Source of the DNA: an uncultured Ruthenibacterium sp.
Lineage (GTDB): Bacteria > Bacillota > Clostridia > Oscillospirales > Ruminococcaceae
DNA: 64,000 bases
Assembly: GCA_944386555.1 (NCBI GenBank)
Contig: CALXBN010000061.1
Span: 15,255 to 79,254 of the forward strand
Direction of reading: 5' to 3'
Positions 46,807 through 55,480 of this stretch are shown in pieces (within the stretch, counting starts at the first letter, position 1; every line of letters starts with the position of its first letter). The notes beneath the pieces were generated by a model. The model ran no database searches, was not told where the DNA came from, and saw only the letters and a program-made list of their open reading frames with translations. A program made the position numbers and the translations under genes.

Positions 46807-48036
46807 ATGGCACAGAACAAACTCAGCGATCCCTCCGGCCGCGGCAAGGTGGAGGGTTACAAGGTCATTTTCCCTCAGATGCAGCACCCCTACACCGAGG
46901 CCGAGATCCAGGCGGTGGTGGACGTGATGCGCAACGCCGAAGGGCAGACCCAGGGCAAATACCTGGAGCAGTTTGAAAAGGATTTTGCCGAATTTGTGGG
47001 CGCCAAATACGCCTTCGGCGTGAACAACTGCACCAATGCCCTGAAGCTGGCGGCCATCTTCTGCCACATCCACCCCGGCGACGAGGTCATCGTGCCCGCC
47101 TACACCTACTGCGCTTCGGCCATTCCCTTCGGGGACCTGGGCGCCAAGATCGTATGGGCGGATATCAACCCGGAAACCTGGACCATCGACCCCGATGACT
47201 TCGAGCGCAAGATCACCCCCAAGACCAAGGCCGTGGTGCCCGTGCATCTGCTGGGCATCCCCTGCGACATCAAGCGCATTGTGGAGATTGCCCACCGCCA
47301 CGGCATCAAAGTGGTGGAGGACTGCGCCCAGGCCCTGGACTGCCGCGTGGACGGCCGGCACGTGGGCACCTTCGGCGATTTCGGCTGCTTCAGCTTCCAC
47401 GCCGCGAAAACCATGACAACCCTGGGCGAAGGCGGCATGTTCGTGTGCAGCGACGACCAGATCGCCCATCAGGTGCCCGGCATCCGCCACAACGGCCTGT
47501 GCGCGTTCCAGGGCGAGCGGGCGCGCTACTGGGTGCCCGCCATGAGCAATGTGGACGAGTTCCTGGAGGACCGCTGGCCCCAGAACTTCTGCATCGGCGA
47601 AGCCCAGTGCGCCCTGGGCAGCGAGCAGCTCAAAAGCGTCATCGCCAACAACGAGATCCTCATCGAGCAGGACCGGCGCATCCGCGAATGGCTCAAGGAC
47701 GTGCCGGAGATCACCTTCCCCAAGATCGTGCCGGGCGGGCGCTATGTGGTGCACCAGTACATCATGCACTACGACGGCAGCCGGTACGGCAAGACCCGGG
47801 ACGACCTGCTGGACCTGCTGACGGCCAAGTACGGCGTGCGGGCCATTGTGCAGTACTATCCGCTGTACCGCTACCCGCTGTTCCAGAAAAAAGGCTGCGG
47901 CGCCCACGACTGCCCCGTGCTGGAGAAGTGGTGGGACAACAGCTTCTCCTTCCCCTGGTGGTGCGGCATTGACGACGAGAGCATGCGCATCATGTGCGAG
48001 GGGCTGATCGGCGCGGTAGAGGACTTGCGCAAATAA
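46807..48036 (+). CDS. DegT/DnrJ/EryC1/StrS-family sugar aminotransferase
   Basis: NNCTNAL, GDEVIVPAYT, VVEDCAQA and FSFHAAKT (PLP lysine). Confidence 0.92.
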   Translation: MAQNKLSDPSGRGKVEGYKVIFPQMQHPYTEAEIQAVVDVMRNAEGQTQGKYLEQFEKDFAEFVGAKYAFGVNNCTNALKLAAIFCHIHPGDEVIVPAYTYCASAIPFGDLGAKIVWADINPETWTIDPDDFERKITPKTKAVVPVHLLGIPCDIKRIVEIAHRHGIKVVEDCAQALDCRVDGRHVGTFGDFGCFSFHAAKTMTTLGEGGMFVCSDDQIAHQVPGIRHNGLCAFQGERARYWVPAMSNVDEFLEDRWPQNFCIGEAQCALGSEQLKSVIANNEILIEQDRRIREWLKDVPEITFPKIVPGGRYVVHQYIMHYDGSRYGKTRDDLLDLLTAKYGVRAIVQYYPLYRYPLFQKKGCGAHDCPVLEKWWDNSFSFPWWCGIDDESMRIMCEGLIGAVEDLRK

Positions 48037-48149
48037 ACCCGGGCCGTGCCCGGCGACAGAACAACACACCGGCGGGGCCCGGCCGTGCGAGAGGGAACAC
48101 CCGCCCGCGCGGCCGGGCGCTTGCCGTTGTGCAAGGGAGGCAAAATGCC

Positions 48150-49070
48150 ATGGCGGAACAAACCTTTGACAAGACAAAATTCTGCGGGCCGGTGGCGCCC
48201 ATCGTCACCCCCTGTACCGAGGAGGACGCCATCGACTGGCCCGCTTTGCGGGCCAATGAGGCCCGGCTGGCCCAAAGCGGTGTGGCGGGGCTGTACATCT
48301 GCGGCGGCACCGGCGACGGCGCCAATTTGACGGCCGAGGAGCGCAGGGCCGTGGCCGCGTACCTGGTGCCCCGGCAGAAGGCCGCGGGCCGGCTGGCCAT
48401 TGTGCATGTGGGCCAGACGGACCAGCGCACCGCCGCCGCCCTGGCGGCCCATGCGGCGCAGCTGGGGGCCGATGCCGTGGCCAGCATCCCCCCGAAAAAA
48501 GACTGGCCCCAGGTGGCCGATTACTACCGGGCCATTGCCGCTGCGTGCCCCGGTGTGCCGGTGATCGTGTACTACATCCCCGGCGTCACGGGCATGACGG
48601 CGGGCCTTTCCCAGCTGCGGGGGCTGATGGAGCTGCCCGGTGTGGCGGGCATCAAAGTGAGCGACTGGAACCTGAACCTGCTGCACAGCCTGGCGCGGGC
48701 CTATCCGGACAAAGTCGTTTACTCCGGTTTCGACGAGCTGCTGGTGCCCGGCCTTCTGTACGGCGCCGACGGCAGCATCGGCACCTGGATGAACCTGCTG
48801 CCCGCGCTGTATGTGAAGGTGTACGCCCGGGTGCGGGCCGGCCGTGCCGGCGAGGTGCTGGGCGCGATGCGGGCTTTCAACGATTTCCTGTCCATCGGCT
48901 GGGAGTACGGCATCCTGGACACCTTCGAGGAACTGATGCGGGCCAAAGGCTACGCCGGGCGGTGCTTCCGCCGGCCGTCCTCCTGGAACCCGGGCAAGGT
49001 GCCCGCCAATGTGCGGGAGGACCTGCTGGCCAGGCTGTCGGCCCTTGAGGCCGCGGCCCAAACGCTGTAA
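48150..49070 (+). CDS. DHDPS/N-acetylneuraminate lyase-family aldolase
   Basis: PIVTP, CGGTGDG, IVYYIP and GIKVSD (Schiff-base lysine), GADGSIG. Confidence 0.88.
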   Translation: MAEQTFDKTKFCGPVAPIVTPCTEEDAIDWPALRANEARLAQSGVAGLYICGGTGDGANLTAEERRAVAAYLVPRQKAAGRLAIVHVGQTDQRTAAALAAHAAQLGADAVASIPPKKDWPQVADYYRAIAAACPGVPVIVYYIPGVTGMTAGLSQLRGLMELPGVAGIKVSDWNLNLLHSLARAYPDKVVYSGFDELLVPGLLYGADGSIGTWMNLLPALYVKVYARVRAGRAGEVLGAMRAFNDFLSIGWEYGILDTFEELMRAKGYAGRCFRRPSSWNPGKVPANVREDLLARLSALEAAAQTL

Positions 49071-49120
49071 AATAGAAACGAACCGCCCGCGCACGGCGCG
49101 GGCAGAAAGAGGAAAGCGCC

Positions 49121-50035
49121 ATGCAATACGCAAATTTTCCCGGCACACAGCTGAATGTGAGCAAGGTGTGCCTGGGCACCATGACCTTCGGCAGCCCCGT
49201 GGCCGAAGCCGACGCCGTTGCCCTGGTGCACCGCGCGATGGATGTGTGCGGCATCAACTTCATTGATACCGCCAATATGTACGAGGGATACAACCGCACT
49301 GCGGGCAGCGCCGGCGGCGTGGCCGAGGAGATCGTGGGAAAAGCCGTGAAAGGCCGGCGGCACGAATGGGTTGTTGCCACCAAAGTGGGGATGAAAGTGG
49401 GCGCCGCCCCCGAGGATGAGAACACCAGCCCCGCTGCCATCCGCACCCAGCTGCGCCGCAGCCTGGCGCGCCTGGGCACCGACTATGTGGATCTTTACTA
49501 CCTGCACCGGTACGACCCGGACACCCCGCCGGCGCTGATTGCCCGGGCCATGGGCGAGGAACTGCGGGCCGGCACCATCCGCGCCTGGGGCGTCAGCAAT
49601 TACTCGGCCGCGCAGCTGCGGGCCCTGCTGGACGCCGCGAAGGAGGAAAACGTGCCCGGCCCCTGCGCCTGCCAGCCGCCTTTGAGCATGGTGAACACCG
49701 CCGCCCTGGCGGACCTGCTGCCCCTGTGCGCGGCCGAAGGCATCGGCGTGGTGCCCTATCAGATCCTGCAGGGGGGCATGCTTACCGGCAAATACCGCCG
49801 GGGCCAGGCGGCCCCCGCGGGCAGCCGCCTGGCGGAAAAGCCCGATTGGATGAAGCCCTTTACCGACGAAGTGTACAATGCCATCGACGCCTGTGCCGCC
49901 GGCGCCGCAGCCGAGGGGGTCACCATGACCCAGTATGCCCTGCGCTGGGCGCTGCGCCAGCCCGGGGTGGTCAGCGCCCTCATCGGCGTCAAGCGCGCCG
50001 CCCAGCTGGACGAGGCAGCCGCGGCGCCGGGCTGA
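49121..50035 (+). CDS. Aldo/keto reductase
   Basis: CLGTMTFG, IDTANMY, ATK, DLYYLHR, GVSN. Confidence 0.92.
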   Translation: MQYANFPGTQLNVSKVCLGTMTFGSPVAEADAVALVHRAMDVCGINFIDTANMYEGYNRTAGSAGGVAEEIVGKAVKGRRHEWVVATKVGMKVGAAPEDENTSPAAIRTQLRRSLARLGTDYVDLYYLHRYDPDTPPALIARAMGEELRAGTIRAWGVSNYSAAQLRALLDAAKEENVPGPCACQPPLSMVNTAALADLLPLCAAEGIGVVPYQILQGGMLTGKYRRGQAAPAGSRLAEKPDWMKPFTDEVYNAIDACAAGAAAEGVTMTQYALRWALRQPGVVSALIGVKRAAQLDEAAAAPG

Positions 50036-50074
50036 CCTGCGCGGGCCGGCCCCGCGCCGAAAGGAGGTATCCCC

Positions 50075-51874
50075 ATGGACGCCTGGAGACAGCAGGCAAT
50101 CCCTTATCAGGGCGGCTTTACCCAGACCGTGGCCTACCGCCCGGCCCGTCAGCCGGGCTTTGTGGCCTGGGCCGGTGTGTTCACGTACGAGGACGGCACG
50201 GTGGGCGTCAGTTTTGACGAGATCACCCCCGAGCCGGACCCGGCCTTTACCCCTCCCAAACTGGAGTACGCCGAGGCCGCCGGCGTGCCGGTGTCCTACT
50301 GCTCGGTGGAGGCCGGGGACGCCCGCCAGCGCCCCTGGCGGGTGTACCTGCGCACGGCGGACGGCGTGCACTTCACCCGGACCGGGCGCTGCCCCCGCGC
50401 CCAGGGGGGCCTGTGCGGTGCGGGTTTTGCAAACGGGCGCATCGTGAGCTACGATGTGCCCCGGCGAAACGCCGCAGGCACCGGCTGGTGCGATTTCATT
50501 GCCGTGCGCCAAAGCACCGACGGCGGCAATACCTTTACCGAGGCGGCGCGCCTGCTGGAGGGCTGTGCGCCCTACCTGTGGCGGGTGCGCCGCTTGCCCG
50601 ACGGGCGGGTGATCCTGCTGGCCAGCCTGTACGGCACGCCCTGGGGCCCTGGGCTGCCCCGGCCCACCCGCAATACCCAGCTGCCCGGCGAAACGTATAC
50701 CGGCAAGATCCAAACGTTTTTCATGATCAGCGGGGACGGCGTGCATTTCGACGGCCCCCACTATATCCTGCCCGGCATCGGCGCCCACGAATACGATGTG
50801 GCGCCCCTGCCGGGAGGGCGGCTGCTGTTTGTGGCGGGGGACGTGCAGGGCACGCCGGCGGGCCGGCAGATCGTCTCTCCCGCCGCCGGCGGCGGGTGGG
50901 TGAACGGCCCGCTGCTGCCCATCGGCCAGGGCGCCCCTGCCGACCCGGCGGCCGACCCCCAGGGCGGCTTTGTGCCCGAGACCATCGCCTGGGATGCCCG
51001 CCAGGGCTGCCTGGTGGGCTACCGGCGCAACCGGTGCCTGTCGATTTCCAACGATGAAGGGGCCAACTGGGTGCCGGTGGCTCCGCCTTCCGGCGCCCAG
51101 CCGCTGTACCAGCCGGTGCTGACAGCCCTGCCGGACGGCGCGCTGCTGCTGGCGGGCCATGTGGGGGGCGACACGGCCTTCGGCCAGGGTACACCCACCA
51201 TTGTGTGCTGGCGCATGGAGATGGACTGCGCCGGGGCCCTGCCCGCCCCCACCGCCCTTTCACTGCAGCGCCTGGCCGAAGGCGGCGGATACCGCAATGC
51301 GTTCCGGGCCGTGCTGCGCAGCGGCGGCCGCCCCCTGGCAGGCCGCCCCGTGGAGTTCCGGTTCACCCCCTACTGGCGGGCGGACGGCACGGTGAACACC
51401 ACCCCCCAGGACAGCGCGCCGTACAGGGTGCAGGCCGTCACCGGCGCGGACGGCGCCGCGGTAGGCCGGGCACCGTGGTTCGACGGCGTGGGGGACATCC
51501 ACCTGGCCTACAACGCCGACGCGGTGTTCCCCGGCGCGCCCGACGCCCGGGCCTGCGGCAGCCCGCTGATGACCGTACTGGCCCTGACGCCCCGGCGCGC
51601 GTGCGAATACCCTTACGATGCCTATTTCGCCGGCGGCGTTTTGTATCTCTCGCCGGCATTCCTGGCCGATTATCCCGGCGCTGCGGCCCTGCTGCAGGGG
51701 GCGCTGGGCCAAAGCGGGCCGCCCGCGGCCCTGCCTGCGGCGGCCCTGGCGCGCCTGGCGGCCTGCGGCGTGGTGCACCGGACGCCGGAGGGCTGGCGCT
51801 GGATCGCCAGCGTCCACGCGCCCCGGGCCCTGGACGGCGTGCAGCCCATGGCCCAGGGCGACTGGTACGGCTGA
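50075..51874 (+). CDS. Asp-box (BNR) beta-propeller protein, sialidase-like, with a C-terminal Ig-like region
   Basis: Asp-boxes TADGVHF, STDGGNTF, SGDGVHF and SNDEGANW; no FRIP motif; no signal peptide. Confidence 0.68.
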   Translation: MDAWRQQAIPYQGGFTQTVAYRPARQPGFVAWAGVFTYEDGTVGVSFDEITPEPDPAFTPPKLEYAEAAGVPVSYCSVEAGDARQRPWRVYLRTADGVHFTRTGRCPRAQGGLCGAGFANGRIVSYDVPRRNAAGTGWCDFIAVRQSTDGGNTFTEAARLLEGCAPYLWRVRRLPDGRVILLASLYGTPWGPGLPRPTRNTQLPGETYTGKIQTFFMISGDGVHFDGPHYILPGIGAHEYDVAPLPGGRLLFVAGDVQGTPAGRQIVSPAAGGGWVNGPLLPIGQGAPADPAADPQGGFVPETIAWDARQGCLVGYRRNRCLSISNDEGANWVPVAPPSGAQPLYQPVLTALPDGALLLAGHVGGDTAFGQGTPTIVCWRMEMDCAGALPAPTALSLQRLAEGGGYRNAFRAVLRSGGRPLAGRPVEFRFTPYWRADGTVNTTPQDSAPYRVQAVTGADGAAVGRAPWFDGVGDIHLAYNADAVFPGAPDARACGSPLMTVLALTPRRACEYPYDAYFAGGVLYLSPAFLADYPGAAALLQGALGQSGPPAALPAAALARLAACGVVHRTPEGWRWIASVHAPRALDGVQPMAQGDWYG

Positions 51875-51938
51875 ACCCCTTGCCCCGCTGGGGCATCATA
51901 TCCCGGCCCATGGCCGGTTACCGGAAGGAGCGAGCGCT

Positions 51939-53369
51939 ATGAATTACGGCGTTACCATTACAAACGGGGCGGTGCCCTGGCAGATCTTCCAGCAGGGGCC
52001 GGACGGCACCGCGCCCATCTGCCTGGAGGGGGAATACCATCTGGTCCGCCTGTCCCAGGAGCTGCCGCTGGCCTTTTCTGCGGTGCCCGATGCGCCGGCC
52101 GTCGTAAAGGCCCGGGTGGCCCTGGAGAGCACCGGCGAATCGGTGATCCCCTGGACGGCCTGTGAGATCCCCGCGCCAGGCCGCTGGCGGGTATGTTTTC
52201 CGGCGGTGCCCGCCGGCGGGCCCTATCGCATCGAGACCTATATGGACTACGAGGGCTGGGACGGCCTGTCCTGCACCCGGGGGGACATGGTGCACAACAT
52301 CGGCGTGGGGGATGTGTTTGTCATTGCCGGCCAAAGCAACGCCGCCGGCCGGGCCAAGGGCCCGGTGAGCGACGAACCCTGTCTGGCGGTGCATGTGCTG
52401 CGCCCCAGCGGCGTGTGGGACCTGGCCACCCACCCCCTGGGCGAGACCACCGGTGCGGTGCATGTGGGCAATTATGAAAACCACAACCCCGGCCACAGCC
52501 CCTGGCTGCACTTTGCCAAGCTGCTGCACCGCGCGCTGGGCTATCCCATCGGCCTGGTGCCGGCGGCCTACGGCGGCGCGCCGCTGCGCTGGTGGAACCC
52601 GGCGGAGAACGGCGCGCTGACGGACAACCTGCTGGCCATGCTGGCCGATTATAACCTGCACCCCAAAGCGGTGCTGTGGGTGCAGGGCGAGGCCGAGGGC
52701 TACGAAAACAGCGCCGAAACGTATCTGGCGCGCTTTGCCGCCTTTGTGCAGGCGCTGCGCGGGAAGCTGGCCCAGCCGGACCTGCCCTTCATCACCGTAC
52801 AGATCAACCGCTGCATGGAGGGCCCCACCGACGCGCTGGACCGCCAGTGGGGCCTGGTGCGCCAGGCCCAGCGCCAGGCGGCGCGGGAGATCCCCGGCGT
52901 GTGCGTGGTGCCTTCGGCGGACCTGGCCCTCTACGATTTCATCCACAATGCCGCCCAGGGCAACCTGGTGGTGGGCGAGCGCTGCGCCCGGGCGGCCCTG
53001 GCGCTGCTGTACGGCCGCAAAGAGGCGGACTGGCAGGCCCCCGAACCCGCCGGCGCCGTGCAGACGGCCCCGGACACAGTGGTGCTGACCCTCCGCCCCG
53101 TTTACAACTGGGTGAACAGCTTCGGCGTGCCCGCCCCGCTGCTGCCCTTCGACGCCGAAGACGCCCAGGGCCTGGTGCACCCCGTGGCCTATGCCGACGG
53201 AACGGACACTGTCACCCTCACCTTTCCCCGGCCCCTGGGCCCCGGTGCGGTGCTGCACGGGGCCTGGCGCATGAACCCCGGCCCCTGCATCCCCTGCGAC
53301 TGCATGCGCCTGCCCATGCTCAGCTTCTACGGCTTTCCCATCACACCGCTGAAAGGAGAGAGGACATGA
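51939..53369 (+). CDS. Sialate O-acetylesterase (SASA) domain protein
   Basis: GDVFVIAGQSNA (catalytic Ser), WVQGEAE and DFIH motifs of SGNH/SASA esterases. Confidence 0.85.
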   Translation: MNYGVTITNGAVPWQIFQQGPDGTAPICLEGEYHLVRLSQELPLAFSAVPDAPAVVKARVALESTGESVIPWTACEIPAPGRWRVCFPAVPAGGPYRIETYMDYEGWDGLSCTRGDMVHNIGVGDVFVIAGQSNAAGRAKGPVSDEPCLAVHVLRPSGVWDLATHPLGETTGAVHVGNYENHNPGHSPWLHFAKLLHRALGYPIGLVPAAYGGAPLRWWNPAENGALTDNLLAMLADYNLHPKAVLWVQGEAEGYENSAETYLARFAAFVQALRGKLAQPDLPFITVQINRCMEGPTDALDRQWGLVRQAQRQAAREIPGVCVVPSADLALYDFIHNAAQGNLVVGERCARAALALLYGRKEADWQAPEPAGAVQTAPDTVVLTLRPVYNWVNSFGVPAPLLPFDAEDAQGLVHPVAYADGTDTVTLTFPRPLGPGAVLHGAWRMNPGPCIPCDCMRLPMLSFYGFPITPLKGERT

Positions 53370-55480
53370 ACCGGCGCCGCCCTTGCCGCCCCTCTGAACA
53401 GGGGTGGGACCCCTTCGCCTATATTTTCCGCTTCTGCTGCGACCCGGGCTTCAACGACGAGGCGGAGATTGCCGCCCTGCGGGAGTATGTGCAGTGTGCA
53501 GACGTGGACGACGTGGCGGTGTTCGCCAATGTGGAAGAGCTGAACACCGGCCACATGGAGGCGGCGGAGCAGGACGTGTATGTGGACCTGGTGCGCCGGG
53601 TGCAGCAGGCCCTGGCGCCGCTGGGCGTCAGCGTATCGGTAAACCAGTGGCACAGCGTGATGCACGCCGACCTGGGCAAGGTCCTGCCCGAAAGCCAGCC
53701 GTTCCGGCCCATGGTGGATGTGAACGGCCGGGCGGCGCGCCTGTGCGTATGCCCGCTGTGTGAAACCTGGCAGGCCTACATCGCCGCCCTGTACGCCCGC
53801 TACGCCGCGCTGGAGCCCTCCATTTTGTGGGTGGAGGACGACTTCCGCCTGCACAACCACGAGCCCCTGGCCTGGGGCGGATGCTTTTGCGAGGAGCACA
53901 TGCGCCTGTACAGCGCCCGGGCCGGCAAGCGGCTGACGCGGGAGGAATTCATCCGGGGGGTGCTGCAGCCCGGGCCGCCCCACCCCTACCGGAAGATCTG
54001 GCTGGATGTGAGCCGGGAGACCATGCTGTGCGCCGCCCGGGCCATCGGCGGCGCGGTGCGGGCTGTTTCCGCCGCGGCCCGGGTGGGGCTGATGAGCTCG
54101 GCGCCCCATGTGCACTGTGCCGAAGGGCGGGACTGGCCCGCCCTGGTGAACGCCCTGGCCGCCGGCGCGGCCCCGGTGGACCGCATCCACCTGCCCGGCT
54201 ACCAGGAACAGGCCCCCGGGGCCTATCTGCAGGGCTTCCACATGGTATCCATGCTGACCCGGGCCATGCTGCCTGCGGACACCCAGGTGTATCCGGAACT
54301 GGAGAACTACCCCTTCTCCCTGTACGCCAAGTCCCGCCGGTTCACACGGTTCCAGCTCATCAGCAGCCTGGCGCTGGCCCCCGCGGGCATCACCATCGAC
54401 CTGTACGACCTCAACGGCAACGGCATCGTCTGGCAGGACGGCTACCAGGATATGCTGCGCCAGGTGAAGCCGTTCCTGAACGCCGCCGTATCCACAGGCC
54501 GGCTGGCGGGCCGGCGGCTGGGCGTGCAGGTGCTGTACAGCCCCGATGCCTCCTACCACCTGCACACCGCCGCCGGCCGGCACATGGAGGAACTGTACCC
54601 CCAGGAGGTGTTCTGGGCCGGGCTGCTGGGGGCCATGGGCGTGCCTTTCGCCTACTGCAGCAGCCCCGCCGCCCTGCGCGGCCAGGTGGCCGCCGCCAGC
54701 GGCCAGGCTTTGCGCAACTGGGACGCCCGAACCCTGGAGGCGCTGTTCCGAAACAACGTTGTGCTTCTGACGGGCGATGCCGCCGACACCCTGTGCCAGA
54801 TGGGCCTGGGGCACCTGGCGGGCATGGAAAGCCTGCGCTGGATGACCCAGAACGAGGGCGAATACACCTTCGAACAGGCTGAGGACGGGCGCGTTTACAC
54901 CGGCCGGCCCCGTGCCCGGGCATCGGCGGTGATCTCCGCCGCCGATGCGGCGCACATCACCTATCTGCCCGGCGCACAGGTGGAGGTGCGCACCGCCTTC
55001 TACGATTCCTTCCGCCGCCGCCGGGCCCCGGCCCAGGCGGTGGTGGAAGGCCGGGTGCTGGTGTATCCCTTCGGCCATTTCGAGGGGCCGCTGGCCATTC
55101 CGCCCATGCTGCTGAGCCACATGCGTGCCCAGGTGCTGCACGGGATGCTGGCGGACGCTGGCTTTGCCGCGCCTCTGGCCCAGGGCGGGCCCTACCTGGC
55201 CGCCTACGCCTTTGAGGGGGCAGAGGGGGCCTTGGCCCTGTACCTGGTAAACGGCGCGCTGGACGGCGTCAGGGATATCCGCCTGGCCGGCGCGCCCGCC
55301 GGGCCGGTGACGGTGCTGTGCAGCGCCCGGCCCGAAGAAGGCCCCCGGCCGGCAGCGGTAGGCCCCGACGGCCGGCTGGAACCGCCGCTGGCCCTGCCGG
55401 CGCTGGAGGGCGCCCTTATCTGCTGGGGCGCGCCCGGGCAGGCCGCACAAGAAAAAGAGAAGGAAGGACAGAGCGTATGA
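53366..55480 (+). CDS. Uncharacterised glycoside-hydrolase-like protein (TIM barrel plus GH42-like C-terminal domain)
   Basis: 704 aa; CPLC, WVEDDFRLHNH, GCFCEEHM, YPELENYP; operonic coupling (ATGA overlaps) on both sides. Confidence 0.55.
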   Translation: MNRRRPCRPSEQGWDPFAYIFRFCCDPGFNDEAEIAALREYVQCADVDDVAVFANVEELNTGHMEAAEQDVYVDLVRRVQQALAPLGVSVSVNQWHSVMHADLGKVLPESQPFRPMVDVNGRAARLCVCPLCETWQAYIAALYARYAALEPSILWVEDDFRLHNHEPLAWGGCFCEEHMRLYSARAGKRLTREEFIRGVLQPGPPHPYRKIWLDVSRETMLCAARAIGGAVRAVSAAARVGLMSSAPHVHCAEGRDWPALVNALAAGAAPVDRIHLPGYQEQAPGAYLQGFHMVSMLTRAMLPADTQVYPELENYPFSLYAKSRRFTRFQLISSLALAPAGITIDLYDLNGNGIVWQDGYQDMLRQVKPFLNAAVSTGRLAGRRLGVQVLYSPDASYHLHTAAGRHMEELYPQEVFWAGLLGAMGVPFAYCSSPAALRGQVAAASGQALRNWDARTLEALFRNNVVLLTGDAADTLCQMGLGHLAGMESLRWMTQNEGEYTFEQAEDGRVYTGRPRARASAVISAADAAHITYLPGAQVEVRTAFYDSFRRRRAPAQAVVEGRVLVYPFGHFEGPLAIPPMLLSHMRAQVLHGMLADAGFAAPLAQGGPYLAAYAFEGAEGALALYLVNGALDGVRDIRLAGAPAGPVTVLCSARPEEGPRPAAVGPDGRLEPPLALPALEGALICWGAPGQAAQEKEKEGQSV

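Noticed and set aside
46807-48036. O-antigen/capsule or aminoglycoside biosynthesis cluster
   Set aside because: No glycosyltransferase, nucleotidyltransferase, flippase or cyclitol synthase; the surrounding genes are uptake and catabolic.
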